DNA of 64,000 bases from positions 3,038,001 to 3,102,000 of the forward strand of contig OZ249436.1 in assembly GCA_965235115.1 (NCBI GenBank), written 5' to 3'. Shown in pieces: positions 24,143 through 36,868 of this stretch (position 1 is the first letter of the stretch; each line of letters begins with the position of its first letter). The position numbers and the translations under genes are program-made. The notes under the pieces were generated by a model, which was not told the origin of the DNA, searched no databases, and worked only from the letters and a program-made list of their open reading frames with translations. The DNA is from Laetmonice hystrix (taxonomy: Eukaryota).

Positions 24143-24423
24143 CACGTACTCATGTTTTTTGTACGATCGACCGCCATTTAGGCTATAGGCCTAACTATTA
24201 TTTGCTTCAGGCCCCTGGTATTACGCTCTATGGCAGCGTTCTGGGTGGGCAGCGTTCTGGGTGGGCAGGTTAGGGGATCACAGTAGCCACACTGTGGCTA
24301 CCAGGGCAGGGGTGAGGCTGTAGGCCTGCTAGAAACCACGCAAAACAGGAATAGCATTTGCAAGTAATGTAGGGCTAAGGCATAGTATAGGCTAATAGTA
24401 GGAAAATAGCACATACAATAGGC

Positions 24424-24710
24424 CTATCATTCACTGACTTGTCCAGGCGTTGCTTAGATCTCTGTATCCTGATGACTGCTTGACAGCACTGTATGTCAAA
24501 CACTGTGCGCAGTGTGCTTTGGAAAATCCAATAAATAATTAAAAAATATTATGGCATGATACATAGGCCTACAGTTTGTTGATAGAAGACTTTTTGTAAT
24601 TCCACCAGAGTTCAGCTGTGTAGGCTTACATAGGGGTGCAATAGAAACGAAACAAGGTTAATTTAACATCAATATTACACATGTGGAATTTCCGCAATAT
24701 AAAGAGGCCT
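24424..24710 (-). mobile_element. Decayed non-LTR retrotransposon ORF2 C-terminal fragment
   Basis: Minus strand reads ILRKFHMCNIDVKLTLFRFYCTPM*AYTAELWWNYKKSSINKL*AYVSCHNIF*LFIGFSK and, after a frameshift, VFDIQCCQAVIR...RLDKSVND. This resembles a recalled post-RT C-terminal region of LINE ORF2; clade not assigned. Confidence 0.7.
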
Positions 24711-24717
24711 ATAGGGG

Positions 24718-24912
24718 CTTCAAAATGAAGATAGTTCATATACGTGTCGATGAGAAGACGAGGAGAGTTGACGTGAGGGCTATGAGGCGTGCCATCAACA
24801 AAAATACCTGTATGGTAGGTCCCTGGTGTTTGAGATAGTCTCTGTGTGGGTAAACACGTAGATGTTCTATACAAGTTGCATTGTTTCACAGTCTCAGTCC
24901 CATGTTGTTCTA
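24718..24912 (+). pseudogene. Inverted 195-bp copy of SGPL1 exon 9 (97 nt) plus adjacent intron 9 (98 nt)
   Basis: Reverse complement of 18850-19044; by eye only one mismatch (ATGTTGTTCTA vs ATGTGGTTCTA); retains the GTAGGT donor at 24815. Confidence 0.95.
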
Positions 24913-25253
24913 CTGCCTATTATGGCAGTGTGGGGAGGACGCCTTTTAGAAGTGTGTATGATGTATAAGTTTTTTTACGCACTGATCTTCCGTACTTGAG
25001 ATTTAGAATTAACTTTTATAGACAAATAACGCAGAAATACAAAGATATGAGATGAAAATATACGACCTCTAAAGGCGCCCTCTATCGTGGAGTTGCCACC
25101 TAGCGGCACAGTGCTGACACACAGTCGGCTGGCACCTGGCAATGGACTGACAGGAGGCCATTTGTACGAAGGATAGAGAGATATAATAAGGAACTCGCTA
25201 GTAGAATCATAAGACGAAGGAAGAAAGGGTCGGGTCGGTGGCGATATTCACAG

Positions 25254-25284
<31 letters not shown>

Positions 25285-26195
25285 TGTCAAAGACCAAATC
25301 ATAGGTCCCAAGTTCCAAGATTTGAAATGCTGGTCATGCGAACGCCGAGGGCGCGAAGCCTGGAGTGGGGGGGGGGGGGGGGGCTGTGGGCGCTCCCCCG
25401 GCAGAACAATTTGAAAAATAAAGTGCCAAATACGCGTTTTCCTGGCATCTGGGAACAAAATCTAGGCCCTCTGACGGTCTGAGCTGGGGGCAAAACTATC
25501 TAGGCCTAGGCCTGCCCCCCATGGAGCTTTTGAGCTGGGGGGCAACGTGCCCCCCTGCCCCCCCCCCCCCGGTTCCGGCGCCTATGATATTTTGTCTGTC
25601 GCCACTTGTGGCGATGTGGCGACCATTTGCCCATCACTGTTAATGGTCAGTTAGCATCTGCCAGTGAGTGTGGTGAGGTCAGCGATCCTGTAGGTGTAGC
25701 GCGTACATCGTTGGTGTGGTGGTACCCTGACTGGTCCCCGGCTCAACTCCTATCGGAGATAGAGACCGGTACACAGCAGCACGTTAGCCCATTTCATTGG
25801 CCGAAGAGCGACTTGCTCTCATTGGCGCACACCGATGCCAAATTGTTTTTTCTACGTCTACTGATTGTGACGCGATAATATCACCATGGTTCCTAAGTCT
25901 ACTGATTGTGACGTGACAATATCACCATGGTCGTACGGCCTGTTGCTAAGTGATCTGTCGTTCCGGTTGTCTTTTTTTTGACGTCAGAATGTAAATTCGG
26001 GCCTAAATTAGCCCGTTTTTGCTGGTGTGTACCTGTCTGTATCTCCGACCGCGGGAGGAAAACAGCAGGGGACCAGTCAGGGTGGTACCCGGCTGGGTGC
26101 GCCCCCTGGTGCAGCCGCGGGAAGTCACGAGCATGCGTGTTACGCTTGAACTACTGTGGCGCCACCAAGCTGCTGTGGGAGCTTGTGAAAACAAT

Positions 26196-26339
26196 ATGGA
26201 GGACGATGTGAAGGAAATAACGTTACAAAGGAGTGATTCATTGGGGTTTGGGTTCTCAATTATTGGCGGATCTGGATCAGAATTACCACCAGTTATCTGT
26301 GACATTGTGGAGGATTCACCAGCTGATCATTGTGACGAG
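26196..26339 (+). CDS. N-terminal half of a PDZ domain; probable first coding exon of a PDZ-domain protein
   Basis: MEDDVKEITLQRSDSLGFGFSIIGGSGSELPPVICDIVEDSPADHCDE contains the GLGF-type loop (LGFGFSIIGG) and the I..I...SPA signature; donor GTAGGT at 26340. The start codon is inferred, since the ORF is open from 26019. Confidence 0.8.
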
Positions 26340-29300
26340 GTAGGTACATCGTTAGCATCGTTAGAAATCCACGATCCATGCTTGTGTTTGGCGGCGAGTC
26401 TGCCTGGGCGTGATGATGCTCGGGTCTCGGCATGTCGAGCAAGACGTGGAGGCTGAGTGAGACTGGCCTGGATTGAGTCAACATCACTGTCATTCGGTCC
26501 ACGAATCTCACATGGGCCCAGTCGGGTGGAGTTAGCTATCCTACCATTATCGTATTGTTTATTGTAACCAAATATCTTGCTGTCCTGTTTTGTGTTGGGC
26601 GTTGAGATGTCAACGCTGGGCCGGGGTTGATACCACCGACGGCCGTCGTGGTGAGATCAGCGGGGACCGAGGTCGGTGCTGACCGTCGTCATGTGGCCGG
26701 GCGGCGGCGGGGAGCGGCAGGACGGGAGGGTGGGAGGCGGGGAGCCGCCGAGATCGATAGAGCTGTCCCGAGTAGCCAGGACAATGACTGAAGCTGTGCG
26801 AGGAATCGGTCTGGAACAAACCCAGCCCATCATCGCGCCCTCCGTCCCTGGGGCAGGGGTGGCATGGTTGGCTTTGTGCTGCCCTCCACGCCTCCCCCAC
26901 ATCTCAGTGACATCTGCCAGGATTAGGGGGCCTACATATGTCATTCACTCATTGGTTTTGTAAAAGGTGGCCATATGGTCGAAAGGCCATGGTATCCAAA
27001 ACAAAATAAACCACATCATTTCAGCACAACCCTGGTGTCTGACTGGAAATACTGCTGTACTGATATTGCTGACTGTGATTGTTGGTTAGCAATATCCAGC
27101 AATTCCAGCAGGCAAATGCAAACAAGTTCTTGCAAATTGAGGTAGACCCCTCTGGCTATGTCCACCCCGTTTAGTTGAGGTAGACAGGCCTGCTGAAGAC
27201 TGAATTTACTAATGGCAATACCATAATAATTTCTGTCAGTTATAGGGTCTAGGCGAGTTCTGACGGTATAATGAGGAGCATGGCCTAAGGCTAGGTGAAA
27301 GGGCTAAAGCAGCCGGCAGGACAGGTGGCTGGGGTTGCGCGTAAATATAGGACACTGGTCAGTCTCTCTGCTGACAGTAGCCCAAATTTATTGTGATGGG
27401 GAGGGGATATTGGTGTCATAGGTTAGCATTTATTTAGCTAGTGTTATCGGCATATTGTTAACAACATGCTGTAGAGACAAGTCACAAATTAATAGTAATT
27501 TTTAATTATCCTGTTGGTTTAAAAGGGCACCTGTTTGTCAAAAGGGGCATCTTTTACAGAATAACTAGGGGAAAAACGACCCGTCCCCGGGTACTCCTGC
27601 AAGGAGAAATTTCCCCTTCCCCAAGTCTGTTATGATTGCATAAAGTTGTTCTACTGGCTGCTCAGGTTATAATCTAACATGATTTGATCTAAAGGTCATC
27701 ACCCATATATCGTTGCTGTTCTCTATGTAACATTAAAAGTGCCATCGTCACATTCCTTGTATTGCCATAATTATGATGACTGATGAGTTCATTAAGAAGG
27801 AAACGTTGCTATATCACCTGGCAACCCACATTGGGGTTGCCGCTGCCCCAAACAATTATTTGAGGAATCCCTCCATGGTGTAACCAACCAGGTTGAACAT
27901 GGAGAGAAATAGACAATGTTCTCTAGGGTGACACTGACAGAACATCATCAGAATCCCTGATTACGGCCGTGAGAACCCCATAGCAAGGACGGTTGGGTCT
28001 AACATGAGCAGTTAATGATACACTCTGGCTCTGCACCCTTTAGCTTTATGGTTTTGCACTTGAAGTTGAACAAGCAGTCAGTCACAGTGTTTGGACAGTA
28101 TGCTGTAGGCCAGGGGAAAAAACAAGACTTGAACTTTTTTTTGGCAACTAGGATGGTTCCAGTGGTCTTGTACCAACTTACAAACATGTTGACCCATTCC
28201 ACACTATTGCTTGTCGTGTAAATTTCCTTGCATCACGTTTCTGTCATTATCAGCTGGAGAACCTTTTCTAATATGGATCAGGAAGACATGAGATTGCAAG
28301 ATTTTTTCAATCTTCTCATTTCTTGGAAGCCTTTCCCTGCAGACCTGTAATAAAGCACTTTCAAATGTTTGTTTATACCAGCGTATGGAAAGAAGTTGTG
28401 GGAATCTGGGGTACATTTAGAAAATATCTGGACATATTTAACATGCATCTGATAAGTTATCATGGGTGATATATTTTTAGTTTGGCTGCAGTCTTGACCC
28501 TTAATATAATTTGGGACTCCTGTTTGCTCATGTTTTACCCATGGCATGTATGTTTTTAATAATTATCGATCCATACAAATGTAAATTCTGTCTCAGTGTC
28601 CACTTGTATCAGGTGTAATCCAAGCACCCTGATGTAATGAGAGACTTTCCTGTTTGTGATGTAATTAGAGAGTCCTGTGATGTTATGAGAGAATACACAT
28701 GGATGTAATTAGAGTACCCTAATATAACCTGTACTCAGAGGTTTTGTAGATCAGATAATCTATTGGATGTTTGCTAACTAGAAGTAACTTACTATTGTAG
28801 TACACACAGCCCTCTTTCAGGCTCTTTGGGTTACTAAGTGCAATAATGCTGGTTTCCATAAATTTGGTTAGAAACCTTTCATTCTGTTGTGTTTTTAATT
28901 AACGAGTTTTAGAGTAGTCAGTAAAAGTCTAAATCTGGCAGAATTCCAGTGATTCTTAAAACACAGCCCATTTCTTAAAAAACAAAGAGGTACAGCCACA
29001 AAAACACAGCCCTGTACAGTCTCAGCCACTGTATATCTGTGGGCCTCAAATTTCGCATCAGGCCTGCGTCTGATTGGTTCATTGATGTGAAGTCATAATA
29101 TTTGCCACTGTCACCAGGAAGTTTGGAGCTGGTGCAACAAACTGATAACAAAAAGGGCAAGCTGACCACACTTTGCTAACTGCAGAAATCTTGAGGCTAT
29201 AAACGACAGAAGTTGACACATGTTGGTGTAATGTGATTTATGATGGAGGTGTACTAATTGAAAAGTCCGGGAGATCGGTGTGATATCTGTGGAGTCCACT

Positions 29301-29398
29301 TACTCAGCACTCGTTGAAGTATTCTTTGTTATCATTATCAGCCCTTCCGACATATATCATGAAACAAATTTCAAGTGGTAGCCTGCTGGTCATGAAAT

Positions 29399-30288
29399 AT
29401 GACAGCCATGAGATGACAGGTTGAATGCAAACCAATTGAACTGTCTAGGTCCAGGTATTCTATATATTATGACAGCCATGAGATGACAGGTTGAATACAA
29501 ACCAATTGAACTGTCTAGGTCCAGGTATTCTATATGACAGCCAATTACCATGAACTGTCTAGGTCCAGGTAATCTATATGACAGCCATGAGATGACAGGT
29601 TGAATACAAACCAATTACCATCAACTGTCTAGGTCCAGGTATTCTATATGACAGCCATGAGATGACAGGTTGAATACAAACCAATTACCATCAACTGTCT
29701 AGGTCCAGGTATTCTATATGACAGCCATGGGATGACAGGTTGAATACAAACCAATTACCATGAACTGTCTAGGTCCAGGTATTCTATATGACAGCCATGA
29801 GATGACAGGTTGAATACAAACCAATTACCATGAACTGTCTAGGTCCAGGTATTCTATATGACAGCCATGAGATGACAGGTTGAATACAAACCAATTACCA
29901 TGAACTGTCTAGGTCCAGGTATTCTATATGAGTGACAGCCATGAGATGACAGGTTGAATACAAACCAATTACCATGAACTGTCTAGGTCCAGGTATTCTA
30001 TATGACAGCCATGAGATGACAGGTTGAATACAAACCAATTACCATGAACTGTCTAGGTCCAGGTATTCTATATGACAGCCATGAGATGACAGGTTGAATA
30101 CAAACCAATTACCATGAACTGTCTAGGTCCAGGTATTCTATATGACAGCCATGAGATGACAGGTTCAATGCGAACCAATTACCATCAACTGTCTAGGTCC
30201 AGGTATTCTATATGACAGCTCCATGAGATGACACTATTGACAGGTTGAATACAAACCAATTACCATGAACTGTCTAGGTCCAGGTATT
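29399..30288. repeat. 70-bp tandem array x~12
   Basis: ATGACAGCCATGAGATGACAGGTTGAATACAAACCAATTACCATGAACTGTCTAGGTCCAGGTATTCTAT; edges are degenerate. Confidence 0.96.
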
Positions 30289-31559
30289 TAATTGGGTCAA
30301 ATTGTCTGCTGTTTAATTATGGTCATTTAGGATGATATATTTAGATATAAGTGCACACATTGCCTTTTTTCTACATAAAGTTAACATCCCTCCTGTGACA
30401 AGAGTTGAATATCATTGAGAACATTGCATGCAACAAAGCTATTAGAGTTGTTATTCATGAATTCTTGGGCCAGTCTTGAACTTACAACATGCAATAGGAA
30501 CTTCCAGAAAGATTGAACATGTATTCACCATTTCTGAAGCCTCGCATGTCCTGACTGGTAGGGACACGCTGGGCTAGGATCGAGGTCAATGACCCACGTG
30601 GGTGTTGGGTCCATGCCCCAGTGAACTGATTTCATGGTTGGTTGGTTTGTGTAGGTAGGTGACCTCAAACTGTTCTAGTTGTCAACCACTGTGGTGCAGC
30701 TTCCTCATCACTGTAATGGATACACACTGTGGTATGGGGAAGTGATTTTATCGGGAAGTGTAGGTTCAACCAGATCGGGGCCACGCCACTGGTCGTGTTA
30801 GATCAGACTGGCAGGAAGTAGGGTACCCTTTTACTGCTCAGTCGTGTACGCATCAGGGCATAACCCGATCACGTCGTTAGAATTTCTTAATCAAGACCAG
30901 CACAGGGAATTAGGAGGAGTGTTCCTCTCAAATAATACTGCAGAACAAAAACAGCATCACTGAGAAATGTTCCATAAAATATCAACACAAACACAGAATC
31001 AATTGATGTTTTCATTGATGCTAAAGAGTTTGTTAGTGGACCACCTTTCAATGTCGACAAAACCACATGAATTCCCCTGAATACTTGTTTGGCCTTGACT
31101 CCGAACTTGGACGTGAAGTTGAAATCCGTCGTTACCAAGAAGAAGGCAAGAACAGGTAAACAATCTGTCATGACATTTCAGGAGGAGGGGGGGGGAGTAC
31201 AACATGACGATCACTATAATGTGGACTTGCAATCAGCTGTTTTATGATTAACTTTTATCTGCTGTTCCCCAGAACTGGTTCCATTTATCACAGTGCAACA
31301 AAACGTTTGTGGGCCGAAACTTGAAAGTTATTTAAGACTTCAGGGTCAGTTCTGGAAATCCCCCCTTCCCGTGTTGGTGAGTGTGATTGGCTATAGACCA
31401 AGCTGACTGTTAACTGTATGATTTCTCACTGTACAGCAGTACCACGTGTCTATTAGGTCCTGGCTACAGGCAAACTTGCCATGTCTGGACAGTGTTAGGC
31501 TAGACAGACTAATACTAAAATCAACCTAGATATAAAATCATAATTAAGATTCTGAGGAA

Positions 31560-31897
31560 TGATACGAAAACAACTCTCAAACTGATAGTGTATCTTTATG
31601 AACAGAAAAGTGTGGAATGTCAGTTGATTTGTTGGATGTGTGATACGAAAACATCTCTCAAACTGACAGCGTATCTTTATGAACAGAAAAGTGTGGAATG
31701 TCAGTTGATTTGTTGGATGTGTGATACGAAAACAACTCTCAAAGTTAAACTGACAGCGTATCTTTATGAACAGAAAAGTGTGGAATGTCAGTTGATTTGT
31801 TTGATGTGTGATACGAAAACAACTCTCAAAGTTAAACTGACAGCGTATCTTTATGAACAGAAAAGTGTGGAATGTCAGTTGATTTGTTGGATGTGTG
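31560..31897. repeat. 81-87-bp tandem array x4
   Basis: TGATACGAAAAC...TATCTTTATGAACAGAAAAGTGTGGAATGTCAGTTGATTTGTTGGATGTG; explains ORFs 31495..31905 and 31588..31911. Confidence 0.95.
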
Positions 31898-32302
31898 AAA
31901 GACATGGCTGAGTAACCTAGCTCTGAAATAGCTTATATTACTCAGTTAACATTGCATGTGATTTCTGCAGTTTCTCCAACTGGCTTTTTTCCCCCAACGA
32001 AATCAAAACATTACTTAACTAGTGCTCGCAGTAGTCATGTCATGTCAAACTGTTTAAAATTCCGGTTGACTTTGTCATCGTGAAACACGGACTGTACACG
32101 TATCATGTCACCATTTTGTATGCCCTCGAAAAATAAGGATATAAATTCCCAGAAACATTTAGTGTTTATAAAATATTACTGGTCCAATAAAATTCATCCA
32201 GATACTTTATTTGGATAATGCAAGCAGGCTGATCCACGGACAACTGCTCAAGTGCTCATGTGGTTGAGTATTGCAACCAACAGACTTACACTACAGTATA
32301 CA

Positions 32303-35136
32303 TACTAGTGTTGGTGTGTGCCCCACCCCAGAGTTCCTCCAGGCCGGGAACTCCAGTATACTAGTGTTGATGTGTGCCCCACCCCAGAGTTCCTCCAGGC
32401 CGGGAACTCCAGTATACTAGTGTTGGTGTGTGCCCCACCCCAGAGTTCCTCCAGGCCGGGAACTCCAGTATACTAGTGTTGGTGTGTGCCCCACCCCAGA
32501 GTTCCTCCAGGCCGGGAACTCCAGTATACTAGTGTTGATGTGTGCCCCACCCCAGAGTTCCTCCAGGCCGGGAACTCCAGTATACTAGTGTTGGTGTGTG
32601 CCCCACCCCAGAGTTCCTCCAGGCCGGGAACTCCAGTATACTAGTGTTGGTGTGTGCCCCACCCCAGAGTTCCTCCAGGCCGGGAACTCCAGTAAATACT
32701 AGTGTTGGTGTGTGCCCCACCCCAGAGTTCCTCCAGGCCGGGAACTCCAGTAAATACTAGTGTTGGTGTGTGCCCCACCCCAGAGTTCCTCCAGGCTGGG
32801 AACTCCAGTAAATACTAGTGTTGGTGTGTGCCCCACCCCAGAGTTCCTCCAGGCCGCGAACTCCAGTAAATACTAGTGTTGGTGTGTGCCCCACCCCAGA
32901 GTTCCTCCAGGCCGGGAACTCCAGTATACTAGTGTTGGTGTGTGCCCCACCCCAGAGTTCCTCCAGGCCAGGAACTCCAGTATACTAGTGTTGGTGTGTG
33001 CCCCACCCCAGAGTTCCTCCAGGCCGCGAACTCCAGTAAATACTAGTGTTGGTGTGTGCCCCACCCCAGAGTTCCTCCAGGCTGCGAACTCCAGTATACT
33101 AGTGTTGGTGTGTGCCCCACCCCAGAGTTCCTCCAGGCCGCGAACTCCAGTAAATACTAGTGTTGGTGTGTGCCCCACCCCAGAGTTCCTCCAGGCTGCG
33201 AACTCCAGTATACTAGTGTTGGTGTGTGCCCCACCCCAGAGTTCCTCCAGGCCGCGAACTCCAGTAAATACTAGTGTTGGTGTGTGCCCCACCCCAGAGT
33301 TCCTCCAGGCCGCGAACTCCAGTAAATACTAGTGTTGGTGTGTGCCCCACCCCAGAGTTCCTCCAGGCCAGGAACTCCAGTATACTAGTGTTGGTGTGTG
33401 CCCCACCCCAGAGTTCCTCGAGGCCTGGAACTCCAGTAAATACTAGTGTTGGTGTGTGCCCCACCCCAGAGTTCCTCCAGGCCAGGAACTCCAGTATACT
33501 AGTGTTGGTGTGTGCCCCACCCCAGAGTTCCTCCAGGCCAGGAACTCCAGTATACTAGTGTTGGTGTGTACCCACCCCAGAGTTTCTCCAGGCCAGGAAC
33601 TCCAGTATACTAGTGTTGGTGTGTGCCCCACCCCAGAGTTCCTCCAGGCCGGGAACTCCAGTAAATACTAGTGTTGGTGTGTGCCCCACCCCAGAGTTCC
33701 TCCAGGCCAGGAACTCCAGTATACTAGTGTTGGCGTGTGCCCCACCCCAGAGTTCATCCAGGCCGCGAACTCCAGTATACTAGTGTTGGTGTGTACCCAC
33801 CCCAGAGTTCCTCGAGGCCTGGAACTCCAGTATACTAGTGTTGGTGTGTGCCCCACCCCAGAGTTCGTCCAGGCCAGGAACTCCAGTATACTAGTGTTGG
33901 TGTGTGCCCTACCCCAGAGTTCCTCCAGGCAAGGAACTCCAGTATACTAGTGTTGATGTGTGCCCGACCCCAGAGTTCGTCCAGGCCAGGAACTCCAGTA
34001 TACTAGTGTTGGTGTGTGCCCCACCCCAGAGTTCGTCCAGGCCGGGAACTCCAGTATACTAGTGTTGGTGTGTGCCCCACCCCAGAGTTCCTCCAGGCCG
34101 GGAACTCCAGTAAATACTAGTGTTGGTGTGTGCCCCACCCCAGAGTTCGTCCAGGCCGGGAACTCCAGTATACTAGTGTTGGTGTGTGCCCCACCCCAGA
34201 GTTCCTCCAGGCCGGGAACTCCAGTAAATACTAGTGTTGGTGTGTGCCCCACCCCAGAGTTCGTCCAGGCCAGGAACTCCAGTAAATACTAGTGTTGGTG
34301 TGTGCCCCACCCCAGAGTTCGTCCAGGCCGGGAACTCCAGTATACTAGTGTTGGTGTGTGCCCCACCCCAGAGTTCGTCCAGGCCAGGAACTCCAGTAAA
34401 TACTAGTGTTGGTGTGTGCCCCACCCCAGAGTTCCTCCAGGCCAGGAACTCCAGTATACTAGTGTTGGTGTGTGCCCCACCCCAGAGTTCCTCGAGGCCT
34501 GGAACTCCAGTAAATTCTAGTGTTGGTGTGTGCCCCACCCCAGAGTTCCTCCAGGCCAGGAACTCCAGTACATACTAGTGTTGGTGTGTGCCCCACCCCA
34601 GAGTTCCTCCAGGCCGCGAACTCCAGTAAATACTAGTGTTGGTGTGTGCCCCACCCCAGAGTTCCTCCAGGCCAGGAACTCCAGTATATTAGTGTTGGTG
34701 TGTGCCCCACCCCAGAGTTCCTCCAGGCCAGGAACTCCAGTATACTAGTGTTGGTGTGTGCCCCACCCCAGAGTTCCTCCAGGCCGCGAACTCCAGTAAA
34801 TACTAGTGTTGGTGTGTGCCCCACCCCAGAGTTCCTCCAGGCCAGGAACTCCAGTATACTAGTGTTGGTGTGTGCCCCACCCCAGAGTTCCTCGAGGCCT
34901 GGAACTCCAGTAAATTCTAGTGTTGGTGTGTGCCCCACCCCAGAGTTCCTCCAGGCCAGGAACTCCAGTATACTAGTGTTGGTGTGTGCCCCACCCCAGA
35001 GTTCCTCCAGGCTGCGAACTCCAGTATACTAGTGTCGGTATGTGCCCCACCCCAGAGTTCCTCCAGGCTGCGAACTCCAGTATACTAGTGTCGGTATGTG
35101 CCCCACACCAGAGTCACTCCAGGCCAGGAACTCCAG
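32303..35136. repeat. 56/58-bp tandem array x~50 with an internal hairpin
   Basis: TACTAGTGTTGGTGTGTGCCCCACCCCAGAGTTCCTCCAGGCCGGGAACTCCAGTA(AA); explains all ORFs from 32529 to 35261. Confidence 0.98.
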
Positions 35137-36208
35137 GCATCCGGAGACTGCTGGGCCTCACAGTCACACTCTCTCACTCTGTACTCGTTAGCCTATGTAT
35201 GCTAACAACCCTGGAAAACTCTTGGGGGGCAGGGGGGCAGGGCATGGTGGGTCATATGTAAGTTTGAAATTGACAGCCTAACGTTGAGAGTGAAGAGGTA
35301 TTAACATAATGGTGGTGACTGTCTGTAAATTACAGATTGTTGGCAGCCGCGGTATGTTTTCTTGCCCTCCCATCTCTGAGGTTACATGGGACGTTGATGA
35401 TTTTATGGAGGTTTGCTGCCACGTACTGACAGTGCCTGGCGTCCAGTGACTCACTCACCCCCATCAGATCCGGGGTGATTGGAAGGGTAATTCAGTGGGC
35501 TGTGATAACAGACCACCAGGTTCATGAACATGATGGTCTGTTACTGCCACGGCCACCTGAATCTTCACCGGATCACTGGAAGTATGACGGCAAGAATAAT
35601 AAATGTGTAAAATCATTCAAATTATGAAATATAAAATTAACATAATGTTTCATTTCCTACAACAAATTGTGGCTAAACACTCTGCACAGTCCAAATAAAT
35701 TAATACCGGTAACTGCAGTTTTGGTTACATGAGTAATATTAATAACATGACCCCCAGATTATGGTTGGGAAAAATTTTGTTGTATGACAACCGTTGTTTT
35801 ATATATTTGATGTCTATACTATTGTCAGATTTAAGTAAAAACAGTACAACATGTATTATATATGGACCACTTATCTTATTCCTACGTTAGTACATGATGA
35901 ACTATTTATGAATTTTTTGTAAAAAGAAGGTCACTTGAAAAAAACGGAATTTGTATATTAATTTAAACCCATTACTGTTGTTTCCACTTTTAATAGTTAT
36001 GAGTCTCATCGAAGTAGATTTAAAATCCTGTTTGTAGGGCGACAAATGTTAAAATGGCGTGGCCTAGCAAATCTAGCACAGTTATGGGACATGAGCCAAA
36101 GGCCTGGGGGCCTGTCACTGCCTATTCCTCATCAGCTTCATTATTATGGATAGGGTGGAGCCGAACAGGTCATGTCGGCAGACTGTCAGCACAGACTGTC
36201 AGCACAGA

Positions 36209-36868
36209 CCGCCGCACCATAGTTAGGTCGTCCCCGGGTGTGGTGTATATTTCGACACTGACCATGCTGTGGCTGCCGCACCATAGTTAGGTCGTCACCG
36301 GGTGTGGTGTACATTTCGACGCTGACCATGCTGTGGCTACCGCCACCATAGTTAGGTCGTCACCGGGTGTGGTGTACATTTCGACACTGACCATGCTGTG
36401 GCTGCCCCCGCACCATAGTTAGGTCGTCACCGGGTGTGGTGTACATTTCGACGCTGACCATGCTGTGGCTACCGCCACCATAGTTAGGTCGTCACCGGGT
36501 GTGGTGTACATTTCGACGCTGACCATGCTGTGGCTACCGCCACCATAGTTAGGTCGTCACCGGGTGTGGTGTACATTTCGATGCTGACCATGCTGTGGCT
36601 ACCGCCGCACCATAGTTAGGTCGTCACCGGGTGTGGTGTACATTTCGACGCTGACCATGCTGTGGCTACCGCCACCATAGTTAGGTCGTCACTGGGTGTG
36701 GTGTACATTTCGACGCTGACCATGCTGTGGCTACCGCCGCACCATAGTTAGGTCGTCACCGGGTGTGGTGTACATTTCGACGCTGACCATGCTGTGGCTA
36801 CCGCCGCACCATAGTTAGGTCGTCCGGGTGTGGTGTACATGTATTTCGACGCTGACCATGCTGTGGCT
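36209..36868. repeat. 62-65-bp tandem array x~10
   Basis: CACCATAGTTAGGTCGTCACCGGGTGTGGTGTACATTTCGACGCTGACCATGCTGTGGCTACCGC. Confidence 0.96.

Noticed and set aside
25250-25590. G-tract-rich segment as a MITE or G-quadruplex regulator
   Set aside because: It resembles common G-tract non-autonomous elements, but I could not define matching TIRs or a TSD
26610-26963. GC-rich overlapping ORFs after the PDZ exon
   Set aside because: Expected in stop-poor CpG-island sequence; no domain signature
29302-29381. Minus-strand exon-like segment (LPLEICFMIYVGRADNDNKEYFNEC*)
   Set aside because: A stop sits immediately before the donor, and the phase does not fit the other candidate exons
32303-35136. 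CRISPR array (hairpin-bearing direct repeats)
   Set aside because: Units abut with no unique spacers, there are no cas genes, and the context is intron-containing animal DNA
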